A stretch of 64,000 bases of DNA, from the IMG/VR virus record IMGVR_UViG_3300042482_000702, positions 62,001-126,000 of that record. One strand, written 5' to 3'. The position numbers and the translations under genes are program-made. A model generated the notes under the pieces. That model was given only the letters and a program-made list of their open reading frames with translations. It had not been told where the DNA came from and did not search any database. Shown here piece after piece: positions 8,077-18,605 of the stretch (positions within the stretch are counted from its first letter, which is position 1; every line of letters starts with the position of its first letter).

Positions 8077-11000
8077 TTACAGTACCTCGACCCAACTATT
8101 ATCCGGACAGAAATATATTATGTCGTTTGTTGCATCAGTACAATAACCAATGATTCGAACATTATTACCCGATACAGGTGGAGATATTGAACTGAACTCT
8201 CCAGCAGTTGTTGATACATATAGTATAGAACCTAAAGTCGCTGAGGTAAATGATGTTGTACTAAATTTAGCATAACCTCTTAATAACATTCCACCAGCAA
8301 TTGTTGTCCCTAACGCCATACCTAATAATCCTAATGATGTAACAACTGTTGTTGCATCTGCCAATGTCCAAGTCCCACCAGTACTATAATAATAAACTGA
8401 CCCGGCAGTTAATGATGTACCTACACCAAAATAAACAACTTCTCCCGCACCTCCGTTATTAACAGGTACTGTAAATATTTTATTTTTTTCAATGTTAAGA
8501 TTATTAACAAATGTTGTGTTACTTCTGTTTGCAGTAATATTACTACCTATAATGTTAGAATTATTAAAGGAAGATGGAATTCTATTATATGTACCACCAA
8601 GGATTGATGATAAAGACGCACAAGCCCAATTTCCATTACCAGCACCAACGAATGAACAATAACCAACAGCACAGTTTTGGTCACCACCACCAATAAATGA
8701 ACCTTTTTTACCACAGTTAATTGAACCACCCGCAATTGTTGTACAAGAATCACTTACACTATTACGAAATCCACCACCAATGAATGACCGTACCCCATAA
8801 GCACAATTTGACCAACCACCACCTATTGTTGAATTGACCCCTGACGCTATATTATTTATATTAGGATACGTACTAGAGTAATATTCATTATACCCACCTC
8901 CAATAAAACTTCCTGCTCCTCTGGCAATATTATGTTGGCCTCCTCCAATTGTTGAAGAGTATCCGAAAGATTTATTCAAACGTCCACCACTAACTGTTGA
9001 GGTAAATCCCGTCGCAATATTACCTACACTTCCCATCATAGGGAAATAACCTGGGGAACTTGTATTTCCAGTAACTTTAAATCCACCACCACCACCAATT
9101 GTAGAATAATTTCCAGAAGCAATATTCCCACTACCCCCACCTATTGTAGAATGACAACCACAAGTAACATTACAAATACCACCACCAATAACAGACCCAC
9201 AGGCGTTAGCTGTGTTCCCAATACCACCACCAATAAATGAAGAATTTCCACCACCTAAACTTTTTGTTAAATTCCTAACTAATGGTTCATTTCCAATTCC
9301 AAATACTTGAACCGAGCCTGTTGCTCCGGTAACGTTTATATCGGTATATCCAATGTAAGACCCAGAGGTATAAGTCGAAGCTGTTACAACAACATTTCTC
9401 GAACAAGCGTTATTATCAAAAGTTAATAATAAGTCATTAGTTGTAAAACAACTAGTTAAATTCCCAATAAACCTTAATGAACAATTTCCAATAACAATAG
9501 AAGATTGTATTTTTGGTGAATTACCCACCATATTTAAAACACCTCCAGCAATACCACCTTGGTATCCACAAACAACATTCACATGTCCACCACCTACAAA
9601 GGTCATATTAGTAGCCGATTTATTATTATTACCTGAAACTATCCCTGAACCATAACCACACGCATAATTACCACAACCACCTAAAATAGCCGCTCTAGTA
9701 CGAAAAGTTTTATTAGAAAGACCACCAGCAATAACCGCATCTTCACCACATTGACTAGTCGTTCCTGTTATAATATTACATCTACCACCACCAATAGTTG
9801 ACATAGTAGTTGAAATAAGATTAACTCTACCCCCAACAATTGATGAGAATGTCCCCCCACTAAGTACACGGTTATAAAATCCACCACCAATTGTTGAATC
9901 TCCTCCAAACGCTCTATTACAACTACCACCACCAATGAATGATAATGTTCCACAAGTACAATTTAACCAACCACCACCTATGGTTGAGCTATTACCGCAA
10001 GCTCTATTTAGACGACCTCCACCAATTGTTGAACAAGTACTAACAATACAGTTTGAACATCCCCCACCAATAGATGAATAACAGGAAGAAATTTTATTAT
10101 AACAACCACCACCAATAGATGAATACCTATTACCGACACAGTTAGATTTTCCACCACTAATAGTTGAACCAATAACATTCATCACTGTATTACAACAACC
10201 ACCACCAATAGTCGATGTATCACCAAACGCTTTGTTTAAAACACCACCACCAACTGTTGAATTGCTCTGGGTAGTACAATTTGAATTACCACCACCAATA
10301 AATGACCCTTCACCATTTGCTTTATTATTATTACCACCACCAATGAATGAACAATTTCCCTTTGCATAGTTTTTAAATCCACCCGCAATTGTTATATTCT
10401 TACCACCATCAGTAATTGTTGACCTATTTATAAAATATAATTCACCAAATGTTGTCCCAACATTATTTTGAAGGTTTACCAGAGTAACATCATAATAACT
10501 TGGATATCCAGTATTTGATAGAACAATAGAGTCAACATCGGATTGAATCGTTTTTCCGTAATTTGGGTTATACGATAAAATATTATTTCCAATGGTAAAA
10601 TATGGTGATACGTCACCATAAAAATATAAAGTAGCATAATTAGTTTTATAAGGATTACCTATAAAAATTGTTTGTTGACCCACAACATTTAATACACCAC
10701 CCCCTATAGTCGATGAACAACCTTGTATTGTATTTCCTTGACCACCTAATATTGTAGAATTTTTACATTTTATTTGATTAAGATATCCTCCCAAAATATT
10801 TGATGTTGTTCCTGAAGCAATATTACCTTGACCACCAACAACAACAGATGCATACCCAAATGCTATATTAGTCTTATATCCACTATAGGTACGTCCTCCA
10901 CCACCAACGAATGATAATGTTCCTGAAGCAATATTACAATTACCACCACCAACTGTTGATAGAGAACCTGATGCTTGGTTACGATAACCACCACCAATTG

Positions 11001-14000
11001 TTGACCGATAATTAGAAGCTGTATTACACTGACCACCACCGACTGTTGAATAACGTAGTGTCGCACAGTTTTTATCGCCTCCACCGATTGTTGTATAACT
11101 ATTAGATGCGATATTACCTCGACCACCACCGATTGTTGCAAAATCTCCAGAAGCAGTATTACCATAACCATACCACCCTCCATTATTAAAACACTTACCA
11201 CCACCACCAATTGTTGAACTAACACCGGAAGCTTTGTTATGACCACCACCACCAATTGTTGAGGTACTACCGGAAGCAATGTTATAACCACCTCCACCTA
11301 TTGTTGACCGATAAGTAGAAGCAGTATTATTTTCACCACCACCAATTGTTGTCCAATAGGCTGAAGCTTTATTACAAACACCCCCACCAACAGTAGAGTT
11401 TAAACCTCCGGATTTATTACAAGTTCCACCACCAATTGTTGAACCATAACCATAACTATTATTACACTTACCACCACCTATTGTTGCTCGAGGATTTGAA
11501 GCTGAATTATTTTCACCACCTCCAATTGTTGTATAGTAACCTGTTGCGCAGTTCCTAAAACCACCACCAATGGTTGACAATACACCAGAATTAAAACAAA
11601 TCGTAGTTCCAGTTAATAGACCTGTTGAATAAGTAAATGTTCCTCCGGAAGTATTATGCCCAATACCTCCACCAATTGTCACACCTAAAGATTTATTTTC
11701 ATTAGGTAATGATTGAATTACATTTCTATGTCCTCCACCAATAAATGACATTCTTGCGTTTGTTGTATTACGATAACCACCAACAACTGTTGAATAAGTC
11801 CCACTACTAATATTACATTTCCCTCCTAAAGACGCTGAATAATTCCCTATTGAAGTATTCAAAACACCACATCTAACAGACGAACAAGTACCACCACCTA
11901 ATACAATGACTGGAGGTTCAGGACTTGTTCCGCTAGTCCCCGCAGAACCAGTTGCTCCACTAGTCCCTGACGAACCATTTACTCCACTAGTTCCTGACGA
12001 ACCATTTACTCCACTAGTTCCTGATGTTCCTCTAGTTCCTGACGAACCTGACGAACCTGTCGCTCCACTAGTTCCTGACGAACCTGTCGCTCCACTAGTT
12101 CCTGACGAACCATTTACTCCACTAGTTCCTGACGAACCTGTTGCCCCACTAGTTCCTGACGAACCATTTACTCCACTAGTTCCTGACGAACCATTTACTC
12201 CACTAGTTCCTGACGAACCTGTCGCTCCACTAGTTCCTGATGTTCCTGTTGCCCCACTAGTTCCTGATGTTCCTCTAGTTCCTGACGAACCTGACGAACC
12301 ATTTGCTCCACTAGTCCCTGACGAACCATTTACTCCACTAGTTCCTGACGAACCTGTTGCTCCACTAGTTCCTGATGTTCCTCTAGTTCCTGACGAACCT
12401 GACGAACCTGTCGCTCCACTAGTTCCTGACGAACCTGTCGCTCCACTAGTTCCTGACGAACCATTTACTCCACTAGTTCCTGACGAACCTGTTGCCCCAC
12501 TAGTTCCTGACGAACCTGTTGCCCCACTAGTTCCTGACGAACCATTTACTCCACTAGTTCCTGACGAACCTGTCGCTCCACTAGTTCCTGACGAACCATT
12601 CGCTCCCGATGTTCCTGATGTTCCTCTATTTCCTGACGAACCTGACGAACCTGTTGCACCACTAGTTCCTGACGAACCTGTTGCACCACTAGTTCCTGAC
12701 GAACCATTTGCTCCCGATGTTCCTGACGAACCATTTGCTCCCGATGTTCCTGACGCTCCACTAGTTCCCGATGAACCTGTTGCTCCCGATGTTCCTGACG
12801 CTCCACTAGTTCCCGATGAACCTGTTGCTCCCGATGTTCCTGACGAACCATTTGCTCCCGATGTTCCTGACGCTCCACTAGTTCCCGATGAACCTGTTGC
12901 TCCCGATGTTCCTGATGAACCTGTTGCTCCCGATGTTCCTGACTCTCCACTAGTTCCCGATGTTCCTGACTCTCCACTAGTTCCCGATGAACCTGTTGCA
13001 CCACTAGTTCCTGATGAACCTGTTGTTCCACTAGTTCCTGACGCTCCACTAGTTCCTGACGAACCTGTTGTTCCACTAGTTCCTGACGCTCCACTAGTTC
13101 CTGACGAACCATTTGCTCCCGATGTTCCCGATGAACCTGTTGCTCCCGATGTTCCTGACGAACCATTTGCTCCCGATGTTCCTGACGCTCCACTAGTTCC
13201 CGATGAACCTGTTGCTCCACTAGTTCCTGACGAACCTGTTGCTCCCGATGTTCCTGACGCTCCACTAGTTCCTGATGAACCTGTTGCACCACTAGTTCCT
13301 GATGTTCCGGATGAACCACTAACACCTGAAGTTCCACTAGAACCATTTGCTCCTGATGTTCCTGATGTTCCACTAGTACCTGAAGTCCCTTTGGTTCCGG
13401 AAAAACCACTAGAACCACTAGAACCAGCAGCCCCCGACGCTCCATTAATATTTGTTACCCACGAGTTAAAAGTTCCCGTTCCTGTTACACTAGTCACCGT
13501 AACAGTTAAAGCACCTGTATTTATATTGTAAGATTGGACAGTACCAATTAATGATTCAGTCGCAGAATTAGCGATAATTAAACTTTGACCTACTGTATAA
13601 GATAACCCTGAATATGTTGTAATCGATAGAGTACTACCACTCGATAAAGTTGATAAGTTTATACTATCCGTCGATTGACCTATAATAGCTAAACTAGTTC
13701 CTGAAGAACCGTCTTTACCTGATGTTCCATTAGTGCTCACAGGAGCAATTACCAACAACCCATTTGAACCAACACAAACTGAACATCCTGATGAACTATT
13801 AAAACTACAAATAGATAAGTCATTAACAAAAGTAGTACAACTTCTATTTGCCGTTACGTTACTACCAATGATGTTAGAATTAGTAAAACCGGAAGATATT
13901 ATATTACATTGACCACCAAGTATTGCCGAGTAATCTGAACAAACAGTGTTTAATTTACCACCACCAATAAATGAACAACCACTAAATACCTGATTACCCA

Positions 14001-15468
14001 TTCCACCAACAACAACTGAAGCGTCCCCCAAGACCCTGTTATATACATTATTGCCATCGGCAGTAGTATAAGTACCTCCACCAATAAAAGAACTACAACC
14101 CGTAATACAGTTTTTATTTCCTCCACCAATAGTTGAAAAATTTCCACAAACCTTGTTACGCATACCACCACTAATAGTTGAACCACATTCACTCACCAAA
14201 TTATTATAACCACCAAGTATTGACGAGAAACGTTCACAAACAGTATTTAATTTACCACCACCGATAAAAGAACAACCACTAAATACCTGATTACCCATTC
14301 CACCAACAACAACTGAAACGTTCCCATAAACACCGTTACATACAAAAGTATAACTATCTCCAATATATGCTCCAGTACCTCCACCAATAAAAGAACAATT
14401 ACCCGTAATATAGTTTTTACTTCCCCCACCAATAATTGAACAACATCCACAAACCTTGTTACACCTACCACCAAGTATTGCCGAGTAATCTGAACAAACA
14501 GTATTTAATCTACCACCACCAATAAATGAACAACCACTAAATACCTGATTACCCATTCCACCAACAACAACTGAAGCGTCCCCATAAACACTGTTACATA
14601 CAAAAATACTACTAATGTTATTATATGTACAAGTACCTCCACCAACAAACGAGAAATCACTTGCAATACAGTTTCTATTTCCTCCACCAATAGTTGAACA
14701 TCTTCCATAAACCTTGTTACCTTTACCACCACTAATTGTAGAAGCAGAACAACAAGCAATATTACAACATCCACCACCAATTGTTGAATTATTCCCATAA
14801 GTTTTATTTCCTTGACCACAACTATCACCACCGCCACCACCAATGAATGAATATTCACCGTAAGTACAGTTGTGATATCCACCACCAACAAATGAATGGT
14901 TCCCACACGCGAGGTTTTCTTCTCCACCACCAACGAATGAACAACCACCGATAGCTCTATTACAATTACCACCACCAATAGTTGAATAATCTCCACCAGC
15001 GGTATTTAATCTTCCACCACCAATAAATGATGTTGTACCTGACGCTACATTATCTTGACCACCAACGACCACTGAAAAATTACATGACGCTGTATTTCCA
15101 CTACCACCTAAAGACGCTGAATAAGTTCCGGACGCATCATTTGAAACATCACGTCTAACCGATGAATTAACACCAGCACCCAAAACAATAACTGCCGATG
15201 AACCGGAATCACCACCTATTTTTAAAACCAAATCTGAATCAGTAATACCAGTATAATACCAATATTCCGAAACACCATCCAAAACTGTTACATATCTACC
15301 CCCTTCATATGTTGTTGCTCCGGTTAGAATACCAACCGTTAACCCAATATATCTGAATGAGGAAACAACATTAATATTAGCTTGAGTAGTGCTAGTCCAT
15401 GGACCATACCTTGAATCTAATGATTTAGGTGAAAGAGTTGTTAAATTATCGTTAATTATAATTGCCAT
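8077..15468 (-). CDS. Giant tail-fibre-like protein (2463 aa): two STIGGG-repeat beta-helix modules separated by a collagen-like stalk
   Basis: N-term DSRYGPW...GLTVGI...EYWY head; dozens of S(T/F)IGGG.xN repeats; (G-X-Y)n; C-term cement-like domain ending IYFCPDNSWVEVL. Confidence 0.85.
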   Translation of the reverse strand: MAIIINDNLTTLSPKSLDSRYGPWTSTTQANINVVSSFRYIGLTVGILTGATTYEGGRYVTVLDGVSEYWYYTGITDSDLVLKIGGDSGSSAVIVLGAGVNSSVRRDVSNDASGTYSASLGGSGNTASCNFSVVVGGQDNVASGTTSFIGGGRLNTAGGDYSTIGGGNCNRAIGGCSFVGGGEENLACGNHSFVGGGYHNCTYGEYSFIGGGGGDSCGQGNKTYGNNSTIGGGCCNIACCSASTISGGKGNKVYGRCSTIGGGNRNCIASDFSFVGGGTCTYNNISSIFVCNSVYGDASVVVGGMGNQVFSGCSFIGGGRLNTVCSDYSAILGGRCNKVCGCCSIIGGGSKNYITGNCSFIGGGTGAYIGDSYTFVCNGVYGNVSVVVGGMGNQVFSGCSFIGGGKLNTVCERFSSILGGYNNLVSECGSTISGGMRNKVCGNFSTIGGGNKNCITGCSSFIGGGTYTTADGNNVYNRVLGDASVVVGGMGNQVFSGCSFIGGGKLNTVCSDYSAILGGQCNIISSGFTNSNIIGSNVTANRSCTTFVNDLSICSFNSSSGCSVCVGSNGLLVIAPVSTNGTSGKDGSSGTSLAIIGQSTDSINLSTLSSGSTLSITTYSGLSYTVGQSLIIANSATESLIGTVQSYNINTGALTVTVTSVTGTGTFNSWVTNINGASGAAGSSGSSGFSGTKGTSGTSGTSGTSGANGSSGTSGVSGSSGTSGTSGATGSSGTSGASGTSGATGSSGTSGATGSSGTSGASGTSGANGSSGTSGATGSSGTSGANGSSGTSGASGTSGTTGSSGTSGASGTSGTTGSSGTSGATGSSGTSGESGTSGTSGESGTSGATGSSGTSGATGSSGTSGASGTSGANGSSGTSGATGSSGTSGASGTSGATGSSGTSGASGTSGANGSSGTSGANGSSGTSGATGSSGTSGATGSSGSSGNRGTSGTSGANGSSGTSGATGSSGTSGVNGSSGTSGATGSSGTSGATGSSGTSGVNGSSGTSGATGSSGTSGATGSSGSSGTRGTSGTSGATGSSGTSGVNGSSGTSGANGSSGSSGTRGTSGTSGATGTSGTSGATGSSGTSGVNGSSGTSGVNGSSGTSGATGSSGTSGVNGSSGTSGATGSSGTSGATGSSGSSGTRGTSGTSGVNGSSGTSGVNGSSGTSGATGSAGTSGTSPEPPVIVLGGGTCSSVRCGVLNTSIGNYSASLGGKCNISSGTYSTVVGGYRNTTNARMSFIGGGHRNVIQSLPNENKSLGVTIGGGIGHNTSGGTFTYSTGLLTGTTICFNSGVLSTIGGGFRNCATGYYTTIGGGENNSASNPRATIGGGKCNNSYGYGSTIGGGTCNKSGGLNSTVGGGVCNKASAYWTTIGGGENNTASTYRSTIGGGGYNIASGSTSTIGGGGHNKASGVSSTIGGGGKCFNNGGWYGYGNTASGDFATIGGGRGNIASNSYTTIGGGDKNCATLRYSTVGGGQCNTASNYRSTIGGGYRNQASGSLSTVGGGNCNIASGTLSFVGGGGRTYSGYKTNIAFGYASVVVGGQGNIASGTTSNILGGYLNQIKCKNSTILGGQGNTIQGCSSTIGGGVLNVVGQQTIFIGNPYKTNYATLYFYGDVSPYFTIGNNILSYNPNYGKTIQSDVDSIVLSNTGYPSYYDVTLVNLQNNVGTTFGELYFINRSTITDGGKNITIAGGFKNYAKGNCSFIGGGNNNKANGEGSFIGGGNSNCTTQSNSTVGGGVLNKAFGDTSTIGGGCCNTVMNVIGSTISGGKSNCVGNRYSSIGGGCYNKISSCYSSIGGGCSNCIVSTCSTIGGGRLNRACGNSSTIGGGWLNCTCGTLSFIGGGSCNRAFGGDSTIGGGFYNRVLSGGTFSSIVGGRVNLISTTMSTIGGGRCNIITGTTSQCGEDAVIAGGLSNKTFRTRAAILGGCGNYACGYGSGIVSGNNNKSATNMTFVGGGHVNVVCGYQGGIAGGVLNMVGNSPKIQSSIVIGNCSLRFIGNLTSCFTTNDLLLTFDNNACSRNVVVTASTYTSGSYIGYTDINVTGATGSVQVFGIGNEPLVRNLTKSLGGGNSSFIGGGIGNTANACGSVIGGGICNVTCGCHSTIGGGSGNIASGNYSTIGGGGGFKVTGNTSSPGYFPMMGSVGNIATGFTSTVSGGRLNKSFGYSSTIGGGQHNIARGAGSFIGGGYNEYYSSTYPNINNIASGVNSTIGGGWSNCAYGVRSFIGGGFRNSVSDSCTTIAGGSINCGKKGSFIGGGDQNCAVGYCSFVGAGNGNWACASLSSILGGTYNRIPSSFNNSNIIGSNITANRSNTTFVNNLNIEKNKIFTVPVNNGGAGEVVYFGVGTSLTAGSVYYYSTGGTWTLADATTVVTSLGLLGMALGTTIAGGMLLRGYAKFSTTSFTSATLGSILYVSTTAGEFSSISPPVSGNNVRIIGYCTDATNDIIYFCPDNSWVEVL
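11925..13445 (-). repeat. Collagen-like GSS/GTS/GAT/GAN/GVN coding repeat, 9- and 27-bp units
   Basis: About 1.5 kb of ccactagttcctgacgaacc / gctcccgatgttcc units. Confidence 0.95.
13915..14590 (-). repeat. Three near-identical blocks encoding VVVGGMGNQVFSGCSFIGGG(K/R)LNTVC
   Basis: aaatacctgattacccattccaccaacaacaactgaa near 13984, 14281 and 14539. Confidence 0.9.
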
Positions 15469-15472
15469 ATTA

Positions 15473-16579
15473 TTATGAGTTTCTTAATTGCATTGAGATA
15501 TTAGTGGTTTGATAATTACTGATGTATATACCAAAGTTTATTCCTGACCAATATCCAGCATCAGGGCTATTAATAGAAGTAGTCACCGGAGATTGAAATA
15601 AATTTGAAGTTCCGCCAATACTACCACTATTCAACGAATCTACAAACCATTTAGTTTTTGCCGGATAATTACTAAAAGTCGCAAACCATAGATACTTTGG
15701 AGAAGAAGAAACATTAAAATTAATGGTTATTGTTCCCGCAGCACTTGACAACTCTTTATTTGCCGCTCCACTTGAAATAAGAGCCGCAATTCCTGATGTT
15801 GTTGGCTGTGTTGATGACACACCCCAAAAATATGGGTATATATTTGTGTAAGTATATGTAGTACTGTTATAATTAGTTGACGACGCTTGTGGTGCATTAG
15901 AATTTCTAACTAACGGAGTTCTCACATCAAATGAACCTTTATTACCTTGTTTTGGTAATCCCGCGTTATAATTACCTCTAGAATTATAAGTAGTTGTTGT
16001 AAATGTGTTTGGATTTGAAGGTGCTGGTAAAGTAAAAACTTCAGAATAAGTCGTAGGGTTTATTGAATATGTTAGATTTGGATTATTAGGGTCCGCGTAA
16101 CCAAATTGGTCAGAAATATTAGTTGCTGAAGAAATAATTAAAAATGTATCAGTAAAAATTGGATTACCATTTCTTAATAATTGTAATTGAGTATATGCAC
16201 CCGCATCATTTTTAACCCCCGTTGCAGTTAATGATAGTGAAATTGTTGACCCAACCTCAGCAATGGTGTTTGAAACACCTCCAATAGAAATTGTTGGTAT
16301 TGTATATGCTGGTTGTACTGTTGGAAATAATAAATCGTTAAATAAATCAATAAAAGTATCACCATATAAATCATTGACTGTAGTTCCTGCAGGAATTCCT
16401 CCCACCGTGATTGGCATCGCTAATGTTGGGTCTAAAAAAGTATTATACGATAATACTTGAGCTATATTAGCCTTATAGGATGACCCTTCAGGACTATCTG
16501 TTACATCATAAGGTTTTACAATATGTACTAAATCGGCAAGGGTGACTCCGGTCGCTAAGATTCTATCGGTTAATCTCAT
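15473..16579 (-). CDS. Putative virion/tail-associated protein
   Basis: S/T/N-rich, beta-type composition; TVGGIPAGTTV motif; lies among fibre genes. Confidence 0.6.
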   Translation of the reverse strand: MRLTDRILATGVTLADLVHIVKPYDVTDSPEGSSYKANIAQVLSYNTFLDPTLAMPITVGGIPAGTTVNDLYGDTFIDLFNDLLFPTVQPAYTIPTISIGGVSNTIAEVGSTISLSLTATGVKNDAGAYTQLQLLRNGNPIFTDTFLIISSATNISDQFGYADPNNPNLTYSINPTTYSEVFTLPAPSNPNTFTTTTYNSRGNYNAGLPKQGNKGSFDVRTPLVRNSNAPQASSTNYNSTTYTYTNIYPYFWGVSSTQPTTSGIAALISSGAANKELSSAAGTITINFNVSSSPKYLWFATFSNYPAKTKWFVDSLNSGSIGGTSNLFQSPVTTSINSPDAGYWSGINFGIYISNYQTTNISMQLRNS

Positions 16580-16612
16580 TTTTTTAAATAATATTTATAT
16601 GTGATAAATAGT

Positions 16613-16918
16613 TTAATTTTCGAAATCGTACAAGATATTATCCATAAATTCAAAATTTTCAAAATCTTGAAATTGTTTATACCCCAATAAAACTATACAA
16701 GAATAGATTTTAAATACCTCACAACCATTTGGCCCAATTAATTTAATACCCAATGACGGAGCATTCTCAAATTGTGGTGGTAAATATATATTTACATAAG
16801 GTGATGGAGGTTGACTAATCGTTGCCATCAAAATACATTGATTCCCATAGATATCACAAGCATAAACTGTGTATGGAGGGTTTAACCCTGATATTGAATA
16901 TATTGCAATTACTCTCAT
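16613..16918 (-). CDS. Small Cys-containing structural adaptor-like protein, paralogue of 45940..46155
   Basis: Shared pattern G..P..(V/I)Y.CD.....C....TI...P ... LK(L/V)I..NGC. Confidence 0.65.
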   Translation of the reverse strand: MRVIAIYSISGLNPPYTVYACDIYGNQCILMATISQPPSPYVNIYLPPQFENAPSLGIKLIGPNGCEVFKIYSCIVLLGYKQFQDFENFEFMDNILYDFEN

Positions 16919-16920
16919 AA

Positions 16921-16987
16921 TTAATCTTTTATTAAACGAACTGAGAAACCATTATCCTTCCTATTATATTCTAATTCGAACAAGACG
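16921..16987 (-). pseudogene. Relic FISUMP C-terminus VLFELEYNRKDNGFSVRLIKD*
   Basis: +1 frame after the stop of 16988..17563; ends GFSVRLIKD-TAA two bases before the next ATG (16918). Confidence 0.75.
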
Positions 16988-17563
16988 TTAAACAGGGTTA
17001 GTTAAAGTACATATCGTTATTGCCGTATAATCAGACCAAAAATCCGTTGTTGTTGCTGTGTATGACCCGGCAGGTAATCCTTGAATTGATGTAGAAACAC
17101 TACCACGTTTATTATCAATTCCACCCCACCATGTAGTTGTGTATGGTGGTGTACCACCACTTATTTTGACCGATACTTTACCATCAATTGCACCATAATA
17201 TGATGGGTCTCTCGTATTATTTACATCACAAACAACACCCATTGGGAAAATAGTAATTGTATTATCCTCATTTGATAGGGTGTAAGAGTTTACTGTTGGT
17301 AATGGAGAACAACTAAAGGAATTATCACTACCAATACAAGTAGTACAATTATTATAGTTTGTTAATACAGCATTACTCCCGTCATATATATTTGAATTAC
17401 TTGGAATAGTCCCTGAAATCATTGTAACACAAACACTTAATTCAGGTGTTATTATAGAATAAACCTCATTAAGATTAGGTGTATCACCCGCATAATTACT
17501 TAAACCAAAATAATTATCTGAATTATTAGATTTATCACAACAAGTTTGAAAATAATAAGTCAT
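16988..17563 (-). CDS. Cys-rich protein with one SprB-type repeat, probably truncated
   Basis: DGKVSVKISGGTPPYTTTWWGG...GLPAGSYTAT..D; followed by the FISUMP relic. Confidence 0.7.
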   Translation of the reverse strand: MTYYFQTCCDKSNNSDNYFGLSNYAGDTPNLNEVYSIITPELSVCVTMISGTIPSNSNIYDGSNAVLTNYNNCTTCIGSDNSFSCSPLPTVNSYTLSNEDNTITIFPMGVVCDVNNTRDPSYYGAIDGKVSVKISGGTPPYTTTWWGGIDNKRGSVSTSIQGLPAGSYTATTTDFWSDYTAITICTLTNPV

Positions 17564-17640
17564 TGTCTCTTTATATATAAATAATCGTTTATTTGATTTT
17601 TAAATAAAAAATACAAACAATTTTATTTTTATAAATGGGA

Positions 17641-17668
17641 CAATAAAAAATCCCCAATCAAGGGGATT
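17641..17668 (-). terminator. Intrinsic terminator AATCCCC-loop-GGGGATT
   Basis: Hairpin 17649-17668, T run on the minus strand; same 20-mer at 18615-18634. Confidence 0.75.
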
Positions 17669-17694
17669 ATATTTTAAAATTAAATCGTTAGTGG

Positions 17695-18129
17695 TTATCT
17701 ATTTCGTTCTCTTTTAAGTCTTCTCTCATTAGCCCTTTCTGAACCTGAACACCCTGGTTTATCATTTCCAAACCCACATAATTGACCATTGTAAATATCC
17801 ACTTCAGGACCTGATTGTCGTTTTTCTTGCCATTTCCAATAATCCTCTTTGGTTTTACCTGGATTAGCCGCTATCCAATTATCTATTCTCGCTTTCTGAG
17901 CCGCCTCAATTGGAGCTAATCTAGCCGCGTTTCTCGCTTTAACTTGTTTTTCTAATTCAGCCCTTTTTTGTTGAGGGGTTAGAACTGTAGTGGTTGTTGG
18001 TGTAGCCGCACTTGTTACGGGTGTAGTACCACTCGTCACAGGTGGTGTGGATTGTTCCGACAATATTCTTTTTTCCAATCTTAAATTAGATTCCTGTATA
18101 TGTCTAATTTTACTATAACTTGTGTTCAT
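17695..18129 (-). CDS. Hypothetical protein, paralogue A (leader ends ILSEQ)
   Basis: Shares PPVTSGTTPVTSAA...NWIAANPGKT.EDYWKWQEKRQSGP with the next ORF. Confidence 0.8.
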   Translation of the reverse strand: MNTSYSKIRHIQESNLRLEKRILSEQSTPPVTSGTTPVTSAATPTTTTVLTPQQKRAELEKQVKARNAARLAPIEAAQKARIDNWIAANPGKTKEDYWKWQEKRQSGPEVDIYNGQLCGFGNDKPGCSGSERANERRLKRERNR

Positions 18130-18162
18130 ACTTTTTGTTTTTTAATATAAAATAATTAGATA

Positions 18163-18588
18163 CTATCTATTAGCTTCTCTCTTAACTCTTCTTTCACTAG
18201 CTCGTTGCGAACCAGAACAACCTGTAGTTTCTCTTCCAAAACCACACGATTTACCATCGTAAATATCCGCATCAGGGCCTGATTGTCGTTTTTCTTGCCA
18301 TTTCCAATAATCCTTTTCAGTTTTACCTGGATTAGCGGCTATCCAATTATCTATCCTTACTTTTCGTTTTGCATTAATTAGAGCCAAATTAGCATCAACC
18401 ACTTGTTTTTGTTTTTCTCGAGCCTCTAAATATTTTTTAACACGTTCCGCATTTTTTTGTTGAGGGGTTAGAACTGTTGTGGTTGTAGTCGTAGCAGCAC
18501 TTGTTACGGGTGTAGTACCACTAGTCACAGGTGGTATGGTTTGTTCAACCAAAAAATTATACTGGGATTCATTAATTATTATTTTCAT
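18163..18588 (-). CDS. Hypothetical protein, paralogue B (leader MKIIINESQYNFLVEQ)
   Basis: Start moved from 18627 to ATG 18588 because the upstream part is the terminator hairpin. Confidence 0.8.
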   Translation of the reverse strand: MKIIINESQYNFLVEQTIPPVTSGTTPVTSAATTTTTTVLTPQQKNAERVKKYLEAREKQKQVVDANLALINAKRKVRIDNWIAANPGKTEKDYWKWQEKRQSGPDADIYDGKSCGFGRETTGCSGSQRASERRVKREANR

Positions 18589-18605
18589 ATTAATAAATAT
18601 CACAT

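Noticed and set aside
11906-13531. 541-aa plus-strand PLVPDEP ORF and 299-aa alternative-frame E/Q/R ORF
   Set aside because: Shadow frames of the G-X-Y repeat, which lacks stops by construction; no independent expression signals seen.
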